Assembly: GCA_009392915.1 (NCBI GenBank)
Contig: CP045477.1
Location: 704,001 to 768,000, forward strand
Reading direction: 5' to 3'
DNA length: 64,000 bases
Source of the DNA: Candidatus Forterrea multitransposorum CG_2015-17_Forterrea_25_41
GTDB lineage: Archaea > Iainarchaeota > Iainarchaeia > Iainarchaeales > CSSED10-239
A program made the translations under genes and the position numbers. Shown here piece by piece: positions 48,857 to 60,527 of this stretch; the first letter of the stretch is position 1, and each line of letters starts with the position of its first letter. The notes beneath the pieces were generated by a model, which did not search any database, was not told where the DNA came from, and worked only from the letters and a program-made list of their open reading frames with translations.

Positions 48857-49838
48857 CTTGTTTATTTGAGTTTATTAAAATAATTTGTGCAAGTAAAGCT
48901 TCAAGCTGTATTCTATCATTTGCACCTTCAACTAATCTAAAATTAATTTCTGCTATACGATCAATAATTTTTACTTTTAAATTAATTGTAATTTTATCTT
49001 CAGGATAGACTATAAATTTTTTATAAATTTGATTAATTACATCTTCTCCACTTAGACCTTGCTCAAAAAGAAGTTTTTCCATAAAACCTCTTGCTTTTAA
49101 AAAATCCCCTTCAAGACAAGCATCAATCATATGAAAAATGTCTTGTGGTTGAGCAGAATTTGAAACTTCATAAATTATTTCTTTTGTAATTTTATCCCCA
49201 ATAGATGAAGCTGCTTGAAGATAGTTAATTGCAGTTCTCATATCTCCTTCACAAACATCATAAATTGCATCTAATGCATCTTGATCATAAGAAACATTTT
49301 CTTTTGTAAGAATCATTGTTAAATATTTAATAATATCTTCTTTTAAGATTGGTTTAAATTTATAAAGAGAACATCTACTTTGTATTGGTGTTATTAATTT
49401 TGAAGAATAATTTGCATTAAGAATAAACCTTACAGTACCAGTATATTTTTCCATAGTTCTTCTTAAAGCTTGTTGAGCATCAACTGTTAAGGCATCTGCT
49501 TCATCTAAGAATATTATTTTAAAGTCTGCACCTAAAGGTATTGTTCTTGAAAAATCTTTTATAGCTCCTCTAACAACACCAATACCTCTTTCATCAGAAG
49601 CATTAAGTTCTAAAAAATCTTGTGAGAAAGTATTTTGAAAAAGTTCTTTTGCAAGAGCTACTGCTGAACAAGTTTTTCCAACACCTGGAGGTCCTGCAAA
49701 TAAAAGATTAGGCATACTTCTTTTTTCTACATATTTTTTTAATCTAGGGACTACATGTGTCTGACCAACCATTTGATCTAAAGTCTTTGGTCTATATTTT
49801 TCTGTCCATGGAAAAGAAGCATCTGTTTTTAATGTCAA
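48849..49838 (-). CDS. rfcS: Replication factor C small subunit
   Basis: LLFAGPPGVGKTCSAVALAKE, IIFLDEADALT and SRC motif (IQSRCSLY). Confidence 0.85.
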   Translation of the reverse strand: MTLKTDASFPWTEKYRPKTLDQMVGQTHVVPRLKKYVEKRSMPNLLFAGPPGVGKTCSAVALAKELFQNTFSQDFLELNASDERGIGVVRGAIKDFSRTIPLGADFKIIFLDEADALTVDAQQALRRTMEKYTGTVRFILNANYSSKLITPIQSRCSLYKFKPILKEDIIKYLTMILTKENVSYDQDALDAIYDVCEGDMRTAINYLQAASSIGDKITKEIIYEVSNSAQPQDIFHMIDACLEGDFLKARGFMEKLLFEQGLSGEDVINQIYKKFIVYPEDKITINLKVKIIDRIAEINFRLVEGANDRIQLEALLAQIILINSNKQGE

Positions 49839-49925
49839 AATTAATCACTCTATTTTATATTTTTATAATTAATATAGTAATACAATATATTTATAATACT
49901 TTTTAAAAAAACAACTTAATTTAAA

Positions 49926-50927
49926 TTATAAAAATAAATTTTTAAAAATATCATAAAAATAAGCTTCAAAAAAAGAACCTGTGAGTGCAAAAAATATTGC
50001 AAAACCTAAAAGAACAATTGAATATTTTAAAATTAAAAAAAATCTATCAGTATCCTTAAAATCAGTTTTTATTGAAATAGCTAAAATTATTCCTGCAATC
50101 GTACTAAAAAAATAACCAATTGCTTCTAAGAATATATGTGGTATAGCACTCCAAAATACAGCTAAAAAAACTACTGAAAAAGAAACATTATAAACTAAAC
50201 TGTACAAAGACATATATTGTGTAAAAATAACACCCCAAAGAATAGCATTCCAAACAACAATTAAAATACCTGCTGAGGGAAATATTAAAGCAAATAAAAA
50301 ACAAACAAATATTACTGATAAATTATTTACAAAAATATCTTTAAAAATAATTAATTTATCTTGATTTTCAAAGCCAATATCTTTTGAAGGAACTAAATTA
50401 TTATCCCAACCAATAGTTGAAAAAGCATTGCTTGATACTTCAAAAGGAGCAATTAAAATAAATAACATAACAGTTAAAAAAACACCTAAGAAAAAAATTA
50501 AAAAAAGATCAACTAAATCTTTATTTTCATCATATAATTGATTAAATCTTAAAAAATTAGTTTTTTTAGGAACAGACATTTCAACCATACTAATTCCTTT
50601 ATGCTCAATTTTTTTAGATCTTCCAAACAATAATTGACTATATTTTGATTGTTTATAAATTTGTGGCATTAAAAACAAAGTTGTTAAAATTATTGTAAAT
50701 AAACCTATATTTTCAGGAAAAATCAAAATAGATAATAAAAGAGAAAAAAGAACTCCAAAAGCTGCTAAGAAAAAATATTTTAAGTTTTTTAATAAAGTTT
50801 GTTTATTATCTTTAAAATAATTAATTATAGAAAACTTTTTTTTAGATACTGGTATGGCTGCTTTTTTTTTAATAGATTTAGTATTAATAAAACTAATTGT
50901 TGTTAAATCTGATTTTTTATCAGCCAT
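49926..50927 (-). CDS. Polytopic membrane protein, hypothetical
   Basis: 333 aa, 7-8 TM. Confidence 0.35.
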   Translation of the reverse strand: MADKKSDLTTISFINTKSIKKKAAIPVSKKKFSIINYFKDNKQTLLKNLKYFFLAAFGVLFSLLLSILIFPENIGLFTIILTTLFLMPQIYKQSKYSQLLFGRSKKIEHKGISMVEMSVPKKTNFLRFNQLYDENKDLVDLFLIFFLGVFLTVMLFILIAPFEVSSNAFSTIGWDNNLVPSKDIGFENQDKLIIFKDIFVNNLSVIFVCFLFALIFPSAGILIVVWNAILWGVIFTQYMSLYSLVYNVSFSVVFLAVFWSAIPHIFLEAIGYFFSTIAGIILAISIKTDFKDTDRFFLILKYSIVLLGFAIFFALTGSFFEAYFYDIFKNLFL

Positions 50928-51049
50928 AGAAATATAATCTATAAAAAAATATATAAACTAAGTGTTTTTTTAAATAAGAAAGATATTTATAGTTTTTAGT
51001 CTATAATTATTTAATATTTATTAAAAGAATTAATATAAAGAGAAAAATT

Positions 51050-51451
51050 ATGAAAAAAATAAATTATAATATGCTTATATGGTTTATAATTACTCTTGTA
51101 GTTAGTTATTTACTTGTATATCTTATAACACCAGGAGATTTTTTCAAATCACCAATGTATATGCTACTTCCTATTGTTGGTTTCTTTGGAATGTATTATT
51201 TTTCAGAATATGTTTTAAAATATATGGCTTTAAAGAACAAATATCATTTGTTAATTATGTTTGTAGTTGTAGGAATAGTTAGTTATTTTCTAGCAATCTT
51301 CTTTTTCTATTGGAATATCATAAACTTAAATAATCTTCCAATGAAAGAATTATTCAAATTTTTGTTTAATAATTATGATTTATTTTTTAAATCTGCATTT
51401 TTAGAGTTTATTATTTCAGGAGCAATAGGAATTATTGCTTCTAAAAAATAA
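51050..51451 (+). CDS. Membrane protein, hypothetical
   Basis: 133 aa, 4 TM. Confidence 0.3.
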   Translation: MKKINYNMLIWFIITLVVSYLLVYLITPGDFFKSPMYMLLPIVGFFGMYYFSEYVLKYMALKNKYHLLIMFVVVGIVSYFLAIFFFYWNIINLNNLPMKELFKFLFNNYDLFFKSAFLEFIISGAIGIIASKK

Positions 51452-51471
51452 ATTAAGGTAAAAGATTTAAA

Positions 51472-52701
51472 ATGTCAAAACTATTTGTAAAAACATATGG
51501 CTGTACACTTAATAAAAAAGATACAGAAAATGTTGTAAAAGAACATAATTTTACAGAAGAATTTTCTGAAATAAAAAAAGCAGACTATATATTTATTAAT
51601 ACTTGTGGTGTTAAAGAACAAACACAAACAAAAATATTGAACTTTTTAAAAAAATTAAACGAAAATAAAATACCACAAGAAAAAATAATTATTTTTGGAT
51701 GTTTAGTGAATATTGATAAAGAAGCGTTAGTAAGTGAAATGCCAAATGCAAAATACTTTAAAGTTTCAGAAAAAGAAAAAATAGAAAGTATAATCAATAA
51801 TATTGAAAATAATAAATCATCAAATAAGAAAAACACACAAACTATTATTCTATCAAACGGATGTTTAGGAAATTGTTATTATTGTGCAGTTAAGTTTGCT
51901 AGAGGAAAACTTGAAAGTAAACCTATTGAAAAAATAATAAAAGAAATAGAATATTCTGTTAATGAAGAAAAATCTAAAGAAATATTATTAACATCACAAG
52001 ATAATGGATGTTATGGTTTTGATATTAATGAAAACTTAAATACTCTTTTAAAAAAAATAATTGAAATAAAAGGAGATTTTAAAATAAGAATTGGAATGGC
52101 AAATCCACAACACTTAAAAATAATTATTAATGAATTAATTGAAATTTATAAAAATGAAAAAATATATAAATTTCTACACATTCCAATTCAATCAGGAAGT
52201 AACAAAATTTTAAAAGAAATGAATAGATATTATACAATTGAAGATGTTTATGATATTATTGAGAAATTTAAAAAAGAAATTCCTGACATTTCAATAGGCA
52301 CAGATATTATTGTAGGATACCCTACAGAAACTGAAAATGATTTTCAAGAAACTATAGATTTTATTAAAAAAATAAAACCAAATTTTATTAATCTTTCAAG
52401 ATTTGGAATGAGAAAAAATATTGAAGCTAAAAAATATAAAGATTTAATTTCTAGAACTAAAAAAGAAAGATCTAGAAAAGTCACTAAAATATTTGAAGAT
52501 TATTTATTAGATAAAAATAAAGAAGAAATTGGTAAAGAAAAAGAAATAATAATCACAGAAATTGGAAAAAATAATAAATATATAGGTAAAACAAATAATT
52601 ATTTATCAGTTGTAATTGATGAAAATGTAAAAATTGGTCAAAAAGTTAAAGTTAAAATTATTGATGCTGATAAATATAATTTAAAAGGCACTATTTTATA
52701 A
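51472..52701 (+). CDS. Radical-SAM methylthiotransferase (MiaB/e-MtaB/CDKAL1-like)
   Basis: MTTase N-terminus VKTYGCTLNKKD. Radical-SAM CLGNCYYCAV. C-terminal TRAM-like domain. Confidence 0.75.
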   Translation: MSKLFVKTYGCTLNKKDTENVVKEHNFTEEFSEIKKADYIFINTCGVKEQTQTKILNFLKKLNENKIPQEKIIIFGCLVNIDKEALVSEMPNAKYFKVSEKEKIESIINNIENNKSSNKKNTQTIILSNGCLGNCYYCAVKFARGKLESKPIEKIIKEIEYSVNEEKSKEILLTSQDNGCYGFDINENLNTLLKKIIEIKGDFKIRIGMANPQHLKIIINELIEIYKNEKIYKFLHIPIQSGSNKILKEMNRYYTIEDVYDIIEKFKKEIPDISIGTDIIVGYPTETENDFQETIDFIKKIKPNFINLSRFGMRKNIEAKKYKDLISRTKKERSRKVTKIFEDYLLDKNKEEIGKEKEIIITEIGKNNKYIGKTNNYLSVVIDENVKIGQKVKVKIIDADKYNLKGTIL

Positions 52702-52792
52702 TCCAAAATAAAACACAACATAAGATTAGGTTTTTAAAGTAATTGTTACTAATTATATAATATATCTTATTTAATTTAAAAGTGTATGATTT

Positions 52793-53512
52793 ATGGATTT
52801 TGTATTAAGTTTTAAAAAATATGTAGAAAACTACAAACTAGCTTTTTCTTACAGTATATTATTTATCTTTCTTTTATTTGTTATTGATCCTTTAATAAGT
52901 ATTTTTGGAGGAACCTTAAATATATCTTATAATATTGTAAATAATACTTTGCAAGGAACTATTATTCTTTTATTTACAACTTTTATATTATTTTTTATTT
53001 ATTCATTAATACAAACTGTTTTAATATATAAAATTGGAAAAGATTATAATTTTTCTGCAACTGTGCCTTTTAATAAAATTAAAAATTCTTTTTATAAATT
53101 ATTAAAATTTAATTTTTCAACATTTTTATTATTATTTTTAATATCATCTATATTTTATGATTTAGGTATATTAAATAATTTCATTGTACAATTTATTTTA
53201 TTAGTTATAACAGTAGGTATTTGGTTTGTTCCACAAATCATGATTCTTGAAAACGAACAAATACCAAAATCAATTCTTTTAAGTATTAAATATTTCCAAA
53301 GAAATTGGTTCCACTTTATAACTTTATTTATTAGTTCTTTTATATTAATTATAATCACAAGCATAATAGATGTTTTAATAAAAGGTTCTGCAGGAATTAT
53401 TATATCTACTGGTTTTTTAGTGATTTTTGTAATTCCATTTATTGAAATTTTAAAAACAGAGATATATCTTAATAAATATAACTTATTAAAACCTAGACAT
53501 CAATTAAAATGA
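52793..53512 (+). CDS. Membrane protein, hypothetical
   Basis: 239 aa, 6 TM. Confidence 0.3.
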   Translation: MDFVLSFKKYVENYKLAFSYSILFIFLLFVIDPLISIFGGTLNISYNIVNNTLQGTIILLFTTFILFFIYSLIQTVLIYKIGKDYNFSATVPFNKIKNSFYKLLKFNFSTFLLLFLISSIFYDLGILNNFIVQFILLVITVGIWFVPQIMILENEQIPKSILLSIKYFQRNWFHFITLFISSFILIIITSIIDVLIKGSAGIIISTGFLVIFVIPFIEILKTEIYLNKYNLLKPRHQLK

Positions 53513-53536
53513 ATACTTAAAAGAGGTTGAAGTAAA

Positions 53537-54007
53537 ATGCAAATTATTGATAAAATTGACAAACACATTATTGAAAAATTAATAAATGATGGAAGAATTT
53601 CATTTGCAAATATTGCAAAAGACATTAATTTAACAGATGTTGCAATTAAAAAAAGACTTGAAAGACTTAAGCAAAGAGGAATTATAAAAAATATATTTGC
53701 AGAAATTGATTATAATATTATAGGTTATAATGAAATCATTGAACTTTTAATTTGTTTAGATCCTTCTAAAAAAAACGAAATTATTAAAAAATTAAAAGAA
53801 AATGAAGATATATTAAATATAAGTGAAGTTACAGGAGAATATAACTTAATTTGTAAAATAATTGCACAAGATAAACCTGATCTTAAAATAGTTTTAGATA
53901 ATATTTATTCTGTTGATGGAATAATTAAAGTAAATGTTTTTACTATTTTAAAAGAACATAAAAACAGTAAAAGCCTACCAAGTAAAATATTACAAACAAC
54001 TTTCTAA
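53537..54007 (+). CDS. Lrp/AsnC-family transcriptional regulator
   Basis: N-terminal HTH IIEKLINDGRISFANIAKDINLTDVAIKKRLERL, then a RAM domain. Confidence 0.75.
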   Translation: MQIIDKIDKHIIEKLINDGRISFANIAKDINLTDVAIKKRLERLKQRGIIKNIFAEIDYNIIGYNEIIELLICLDPSKKNEIIKKLKENEDILNISEVTGEYNLICKIIAQDKPDLKIVLDNIYSVDGIIKVNVFTILKEHKNSKSLPSKILQTTF

Positions 54008-54022
54008 AAGAGCTGTTAATTA

Positions 54023-56143
54023 ATGAAACTGATTATTTCTGAAAAAGCAATTGCAGGAAAAAAAATTGCATCAATTCTTTCTAAAAATAAATTCACAACT
54101 GTTAAAGATAAAGGGATAGATACTTTTTCTTTTAAAAAAGACGGTGAAGATTATTTACTAATACCTTTAAGAGGACATATTAATACTGTAGATTTTGAAA
54201 ACCCTGAAGGTTATTGGAGTATTTTTAATTTAGATCTTTTAGCTGATAAAAAATTTATTTATAAAGAAGTTGAGAAAAGAATCATTTCACTTTTAAAAGA
54301 AAAAAGAAAAGATTTAAATGAAATAATTATTGCAACTGATGCTGATAGAGAAGGAGAGGCTATTGGCCTTGAAGCATATGAATATGTGAAAGTTAAAAAT
54401 GCAACTGCAACATTAAAAAGAGCATACTTTAGTGCTTTAATTGAAAAAGAAGTAAGTACTGCTTTTAAAGAACTTAGAGAACTTGATTTTAATTATGCTT
54501 ATTCTGTTTTTACAAGACAAGAAATTGATCTTTTATGGGGTGCTATATTAACTAGATATTTATCAGTTATTTCAAACAGAAAAGGAAAGTTATTCTTATC
54601 AGCTGGTAGAGTACAAACACCTTTATTAAATTTAATTGTAGAAAAAGAACTTGAAAGAGATAAGTTTGTTGAAGAAAAATATAGAGTAATTAGAATTTTA
54701 TTTGAAAAAGATAAAATTAAGTTTGAAGGAACTCATAAACTTAACAAAATGTTTGATATTGATAAAGCAGATTTAATATATGAAAAAATAAAAGATGCTA
54801 AAGATGGAACTGTTATATCTGTTTCAAAAAGTGAAAAAACACTTAAAAAACCAACTCCTTTTAACACAACTAATTTTTTAAGAAGTGCAAGTTCCTTAGG
54901 TATTGGAACAACAACTGCGATGAATACTGCAGAAAGTTTATATCAAAAAGGAATAATCAGTTATCCTAGAACAGATAACACAGTGTATCCTTCAAGTCTA
55001 GATTTTAAAGGAATTTTAGAAAAATTAAGTGGGCTTAAAGAATATGAAAAAGATGCTAAAGAAATTTTAAAAAAACCTATAAAGCCATCTAGAGGAAATA
55101 AAGAAACAACTGATCATCCTCCTATTTACCCTGTTGATATTGCAGTTGATTTAGCAGGAACTGAAAAAAGGATTTATGACCTTGTAGTTAGAAGATTTCT
55201 TGCAACTCTTTCAACTGATGCAAAAACAGAAAATTTATCTGTTTTAATTGATGTCTTAAAAGAACCTTTTGTTGTAAATGGCCAAAGAATAATTGATCCT
55301 GGTTGGAAAAAAATATATATATTTTCTAAACTAAATGAAGTTATTTTACCATTTTTAGAAAAAGGAAATGTTGTAAATATCAAAGATAAATTTTTAGATA
55401 AAAAAGTAACTACACCACCTCCTAGATATACTGAAGGTGGACTTATTAAATTAATGGAAGATCAAAATTTAGGTACAAAATCTACAAGACCTGCAATTAT
55501 TCAAAAATTAAAAGATAGAGGGTATATTAAACCTGAAAAACAAATTGAACCAACTCCGATTGCAATATCTGTTTGTAGTGTTTTAAATAAACATTCAGAT
55601 GCAATAACACAACCTAAACTAACAGCTGATATTGAAAATGAAATGGAAAAAGTAGCTTCTGGTAAAAAAACTAAAGAAGATGTTGTAGATGAATCTAGAA
55701 AAATACTTCATGAAATAATAAAAATACTTTTAAAAGAAAAAGATGCAATTGCAAAAGAACTCAGAGGAGGAATAGCTGAACAAAATTATATTGGTAAATG
55801 TAATAAATGCGGAAAAAATTTAATTATAAGACATGGAAAAACAGGTAAACAATTTGTTGCATGTTCGGGGTATCCTGCTTGTAAAAATACATTTCCACTA
55901 CCTCAAAACAAAATTGTAACCCCTATTGAAGATGCATATTGTGAAGTATGTAAATTTCCAATGATAAAAGTTTCTTCTAAGAGAGGTAAAACATATGAAA
56001 TGTGTTTAAACCATAAATGTCCTACAAAAGAAGAATTTTTGAAAAAAATGAAAGAAGAAGAATCTTTAGAACCAACAACTGAAGATGTTAAAAAAGAAGA
56101 AACTATAGTTAAAAAAAGAACTTATAAAAAGAAAAAAGTATGA
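54023..56143 (+). CDS. topA: DNA topoisomerase I (type IA) with C-terminal zinc ribbons
   Basis: TOPRIM (LIISEKAIAGKKIA...ATDADREGE). Active-site Tyr in GIISYPRTDN. C-terminal CNKCGK...CSGYPAC and CEVC...C. Confidence 0.85.
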   Translation: MKLIISEKAIAGKKIASILSKNKFTTVKDKGIDTFSFKKDGEDYLLIPLRGHINTVDFENPEGYWSIFNLDLLADKKFIYKEVEKRIISLLKEKRKDLNEIIIATDADREGEAIGLEAYEYVKVKNATATLKRAYFSALIEKEVSTAFKELRELDFNYAYSVFTRQEIDLLWGAILTRYLSVISNRKGKLFLSAGRVQTPLLNLIVEKELERDKFVEEKYRVIRILFEKDKIKFEGTHKLNKMFDIDKADLIYEKIKDAKDGTVISVSKSEKTLKKPTPFNTTNFLRSASSLGIGTTTAMNTAESLYQKGIISYPRTDNTVYPSSLDFKGILEKLSGLKEYEKDAKEILKKPIKPSRGNKETTDHPPIYPVDIAVDLAGTEKRIYDLVVRRFLATLSTDAKTENLSVLIDVLKEPFVVNGQRIIDPGWKKIYIFSKLNEVILPFLEKGNVVNIKDKFLDKKVTTPPPRYTEGGLIKLMEDQNLGTKSTRPAIIQKLKDRGYIKPEKQIEPTPIAISVCSVLNKHSDAITQPKLTADIENEMEKVASGKKTKEDVVDESRKILHEIIKILLKEKDAIAKELRGGIAEQNYIGKCNKCGKNLIIRHGKTGKQFVACSGYPACKNTFPLPQNKIVTPIEDAYCEVCKFPMIKVSSKRGKTYEMCLNHKCPTKEEFLKKMKEEESLEPTTEDVKKEETIVKKRTYKKKKV

Positions 56144-57159
56144 GCCTTACAAACAAAGAGGACACCATCTATAAGAAAATAAAGGTTGCATCAGAAAATA
56201 ATCCAGAAAAACCTGAGTTTCCATCTGATGACCCTAAATTTCCTGCAACCCCTACTTATAAAATAAAGATACCTGGTTATAATAATGTTTATTTAAAAGA
56301 CGAAAGCTATAACCCTACTGGCACACACAAAGATAGAATGGCTTGGGAAATAATTGTTACTTACAAAAGTTTTTTAAAATCTAAGAAAGATGGGCTTATT
56401 GAAAAATTACCTGTTATGTCCATTATATCTTCTGGATCAGCTGCTTACGCCATACAATCACAACTTAGAAAATATGGTTTGCCTAACTTAAAGGTGATTG
56501 TTGATGAAAAAATATCTCCTGAAATAATTACAAGCCTTGAAAAAATGGGTTGTACGATATACAAAAAAAATTTATCATTAAAAAAATTGTCAGGAGAAGA
56601 CATTCTTAAGATTACTGATAATCAAGAGGGTTTTGACATCACTTCAAATGAGGCTCTTGACCCAACAAGTAGATTTTATGATTGGTTAAGTTATGAGATA
56701 ATCAATAATTCTCCAGACTATTGTTTTATTCCTTTTGGAACAGGTAATTTATTTGAAAATATTTTAAACATCACAAAAAAAGAAGTATCTACAAAAAATC
56801 ACGATCCTAGATTTAAAGGAAATGTTAAAATTTTAAAAAGGTGTGATTTTTTTGGAGCCACAACAAATAATAAAACAACTAAAGCAGATAAACTTTATTC
56901 ACCACATCTTCCTTTTGTGCATTATAGTGAACAGTGGTTGAAAACATATAAGTTTTCTGGATTTGTTGGACATTATTCTGACGTACTTATTTTTAAAGAA
57001 AGATACTTAAAAGAAGCATGCGAGATTTTAGAATCTCAAGGGGTTTCTTTTGAACCTTCTGCAGCTGCTGGTCTTGCATTATTTTTAGAAATAAAAAATA
57101 AAATACCTAAAACAAAAAAAATACTTATTGTTAGTACTGGAAAAAGTAAATATCTTTAA
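56140..57159 (+). CDS. PLP-dependent fold-type II enzyme (threonine synthase/Trp-synthase-beta-like)
   Basis: LKDESYNPTGTHKDRMAW has the PLP lysine motif, compare NPTGSFKDR. C-terminal EPSAAAGLA. Confidence 0.5.
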   Translation: MSLTNKEDTIYKKIKVASENNPEKPEFPSDDPKFPATPTYKIKIPGYNNVYLKDESYNPTGTHKDRMAWEIIVTYKSFLKSKKDGLIEKLPVMSIISSGSAAYAIQSQLRKYGLPNLKVIVDEKISPEIITSLEKMGCTIYKKNLSLKKLSGEDILKITDNQEGFDITSNEALDPTSRFYDWLSYEIINNSPDYCFIPFGTGNLFENILNITKKEVSTKNHDPRFKGNVKILKRCDFFGATTNNKTTKADKLYSPHLPFVHYSEQWLKTYKFSGFVGHYSDVLIFKERYLKEACEILESQGVSFEPSAAAGLALFLEIKNKIPKTKKILIVSTGKSKYL

Positions 57160-57171
57160 ACTAAGAAAAAT

Positions 57172-57537
57172 ATGAAAATAACTTCTGAGATTTGGAGCAA
57201 TTTATTTTTTTTAATACCTTTACTTTTAAGTGCACAATATAAAATGTATGTGTACACAGGGCTTACGCTTGTGCTTTTTATTTTCTCTACATTTTACCAC
57301 CTCTCAAATAAAAATAAATTTAAGCTATTGGACAAAATATTTGCTTACTTTATAATTGCTTATAATGTATATTTGTTTTACTTAGCTAACTTCAAGATAA
57401 TTTATTTTGGAACTGCTTTTTTATTTGTTTTAATAGGAGTTTACTTTTTGTATATTAAAAAGAACGATGATTGGCAATGGCATTTATCATCCTCAATTGT
57501 AAGCGTACTTTCTATTCTAGCTTACTCTTCAATTTAG
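57172..57537 (+). CDS. Small membrane protein
   Basis: 121 aa, 4 TM. Confidence 0.3.
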   Translation: MKITSEIWSNLFFLIPLLLSAQYKMYVYTGLTLVLFIFSTFYHLSNKNKFKLLDKIFAYFIIAYNVYLFYLANFKIIYFGTAFLFVLIGVYFLYIKKNDDWQWHLSSSIVSVLSILAYSSI

Positions 57538-57607
57538 AAAAAACAAAAATCTTTTTAAGCCCTTTCTATCATATATATAAATATATTAATTCTATAAGGA
57601 AAAAATT

Positions 57608-59791
57608 ATGGTTGAAAAAATAATTTTAACTGTTAAAGAAACAGATATTAAAGATGCTTTGAAAGGTATTGCAAAAATAGATCCTCTTGTTTTTGATAAA
57701 ATGAAATTAACTATTGGAGATGTAATATTAATTGAAGGATCTAAAAGAGCATTAGCTTATGCAACTAGAGGTACAGAGCTAGATGCTGGTTTAAATCAAA
57801 TTAAAATAGATGGTATTGTAAGACATAACTCTGGTGCATCAATAGATGATTCTGTTTTTATTGAAAAAGCAAATGTATTACCTTGTGAAACAATTAACCT
57901 TGCACCTATTATTGAAAAAAATAAAAAAATAAATTTAAATAAAGATGTTGAAAGTTTAATTAAAGAAAAATTATTAAATATTAATATTGTTGAAAAAAAC
58001 ATAGTTAAGATTCCAGGACTTCCTATTCTAACAGAAGATGGTTATAGAGACTTACAATTAATTGTAAATAAAACAATTCCTAAAAATGCTGTAAGGATTA
58101 CTGAAAATACAAAAGTAATTATTTCAGAAAAAGCAGAAGATTCAAAGACTCCTTCTATGACATATGATGATATAGGGGGTCTTAAAAAAGAAATTGAAGC
58201 TATTAGAGAAATGGTTGAACTTCCTATAAAAAGACCAGAGATTTTTAAAAAGCTAGGTATTTCTCCACCTAAAGGAGTTTTACTTTATGGACCTCCAGGA
58301 ACTGGAAAAACTTTACTTGCAAAAGCAGTAGCATCTGAAACTGATGCAAAATTTATAACTATTAACGGTCCAGAAATAATTACTGCTCAAGTTGGAAAAT
58401 CAGAAGAAAATTTAAGAGATATCTTTAAAGATGCAGAAGAGAATGCACCTGCAATTATTTTTATTGATGAAATTGATGCTATTGCTCCTAAAAGAGATAA
58501 AGCACATACATCTGATTTTAATAAATCATTATTAGCACAACTTTTAACATTAATGGATGGGCTTACAGCAAGAGGACAAGTTGTTGTTATTGCTGCAACA
58601 AATATGCCAGATTCAATTGATGTGGCTTTAAGAAGACCAGGAAGATTTGATAGAGAACTTGAAATTAATGTTCCTGATAAAGACGCAAGAAAAGAAATAT
58701 TACAAGTTCATATTAGAGGAATGCCTATTAAAGATCTTAACATAGATGAAATTATAGAAATTACAAATGGATTTTCTGGAGCTGATATTTCTGCACTCTG
58801 TAAAGAAGCTGCATTAAAAGCAATTAAAAGATTAATGCCTTTAATAAATAAAGAAAATGGAAAACACTTATCAAGAGAGATATTAGATAAATTAATTATA
58901 ACTCATCAAGATTTCTTGGACGCATTAAATGTTGTAGAACCTTCTGCATTAAGAGAAGTTCAAGTTCAAATACCAACAACCACTTGGAATGATATTGGTG
59001 GTCTTGATGAGCAAAAACAAAAATTAAAAGAAATGATTGAATGGCCTTTAAAATATCCTGATAAATTTAAAGAATTAAAATTAACACCTCCTGCAGGTGT
59101 TTTACTTTTTGGACCACCTGGTACTGGAAAAACATTAATTGCAAAAGCAATAGCAAATGAAAGCTCTGCAAATTTTATATCTTTAAAAACATCTGAAATA
59201 AAACAAAGTCTTCAAGGTGAATCTGAAAAGAAAATTAGAGATGTTTTTAAAAAAGCAAGACAACTTGCACCTGCAATTATTTTCTTTGATGAAATTGATG
59301 CAATTACAAGTATTAGAACAAATAATACTGCAAATTCTGATTATAATAATAGTATAATTTCACAATTATTAACAGAAATGGATGGTGTTTCAAAATTAAA
59401 AGATATTGTTATTATAGGTGCAACTAACAGGATAGATATTGTAGATACGGCATTTTTAAGACCAGGAAGATTTGATTTAAAATTAGAAATTCCAAATCCA
59501 GATTTAAAATCAAGAGAAAAAATATTTGAAGTTTATTTAAATAAAATGAATACTGATAAAAATATAAATATTAAAGAAATTGCAAAAACAACTGATGCTC
59601 TTTCAGGTGCTGAAATAGAATCTATTGTTAGAGAAGCTGGTATGGATGTTTTAAGAGAAAACATATCAGGTAATGAACAAAGTCTTTTAATAACTGAAAA
59701 ACATATTAAAAAAGCAATTAAAGAAATAAAAAATATAGAAAAAGAAAAAGGGAAAAATAAAAAAAATAATTTAGAAAAAGGTGTTATATAA
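57608..59791 (+). CDS. cdc48: Cdc48/VCP-like double-AAA ATPase
   Basis: Two Walker A sites ([36 protein letters not shown]). An N-domain precedes D1. Confidence 0.9.
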   Translation: MVEKIILTVKETDIKDALKGIAKIDPLVFDKMKLTIGDVILIEGSKRALAYATRGTELDAGLNQIKIDGIVRHNSGASIDDSVFIEKANVLPCETINLAPIIEKNKKINLNKDVESLIKEKLLNINIVEKNIVKIPGLPILTEDGYRDLQLIVNKTIPKNAVRITENTKVIISEKAEDSKTPSMTYDDIGGLKKEIEAIREMVELPIKRPEIFKKLGISPPKGVLLYGPPGTGKTLLAKAVASETDAKFITINGPEIITAQVGKSEENLRDIFKDAEENAPAIIFIDEIDAIAPKRDKAHTSDFNKSLLAQLLTLMDGLTARGQVVVIAATNMPDSIDVALRRPGRFDRELEINVPDKDARKEILQVHIRGMPIKDLNIDEIIEITNGFSGADISALCKEAALKAIKRLMPLINKENGKHLSREILDKLIITHQDFLDALNVVEPSALREVQVQIPTTTWNDIGGLDEQKQKLKEMIEWPLKYPDKFKELKLTPPAGVLLFGPPGTGKTLIAKAIANESSANFISLKTSEIKQSLQGESEKKIRDVFKKARQLAPAIIFFDEIDAITSIRTNNTANSDYNNSIISQLLTEMDGVSKLKDIVIIGATNRIDIVDTAFLRPGRFDLKLEIPNPDLKSREKIFEVYLNKMNTDKNINIKEIAKTTDALSGAEIESIVREAGMDVLRENISGNEQSLLITEKHIKKAIKEIKNIEKEKGKNKKNNLEKGVI

Positions 59792-59793
59792 TT

Positions 59794-60000
59794 CTATTTT
59801 TTAGATTTTTTATTTTTTTTTGAAAAGAAAAGTAAATAAACTATTGGTAAAATTCCTGCTGTATTAATTATAAAAATACAAACAAACCATGCAAGTTCTT
59901 TTCTTGTACCTGCTTTCCATAAAGCAATACCCTTCCAAACCATTTCCCAAATTGCAATACCTATTATTAAAGGTAAAATCCAAGATATATTTTCAATCAT
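59794..60000 (-). CDS. Small 2-TM membrane protein
   Basis: 68 aa. Confidence 0.25.
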   Translation of the reverse strand: MIENISWILPLIIGIAIWEMVWKGIALWKAGTRKELAWFVCIFIINTAGILPIVYLLFFSKKNKKSKK

Positions 60001-60071
60001 TTTTCATATCACTTTTTTATTTTTTTTTAAAATAAATATAATTAAACTAATAAAATTTAAAAGATATTTAT

Positions 60072-60509
60072 TTAATTTCCAGAAGAACCAAAACCTTTTT
60101 CTCCTCTAGAAGTATCTTCAAGAGAATTTACTTCTTGTATTTTTGTTTTTAAAATTAATGTAGGTATCATTTGAGCAATTTTATCTCCTTTTTTAATTTC
60201 AAAATCTTCTTTTGAAGAATTAAATAAACAAATCATAATTTCTCCTCTATAACCTAAATCAACAACACCTGCAAAAACATCAATTCCTTTTTTAACAGAA
60301 AGTCCTGATCTTGGAGCAATTCTTAAATAACAACTATAATTATCAGATTCAATATTATTTATTGAAACAGAAATTCCTGTTTTTATAACTTTTCTTTCCA
60401 TTGCAGGAATAACAACATCCTCATCAGAAAACAAATCAAAACCAGCATCATCATCATGTGCTCTTTCTGGTAATTTTGCAGTTTCAGTTAATCTTTTTAC
60501 ATTAATCAT
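60072..60509 (-). CDS. dut: dUTP diphosphatase
   Basis: AGFDL, RSGL and GVVDLGYRGE dUTPase motifs. 145 aa. Confidence 0.8.
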   Translation of the reverse strand: MINVKRLTETAKLPERAHDDDAGFDLFSDEDVVIPAMERKVIKTGISVSINNIESDNYSCYLRIAPRSGLSVKKGIDVFAGVVDLGYRGEIMICLFNSSKEDFEIKKGDKIAQMIPTLILKTKIQEVNSLEDTSRGEKGFGSSGN

Positions 60510-60527
60510 TTTAAAAAAACCTCTTTT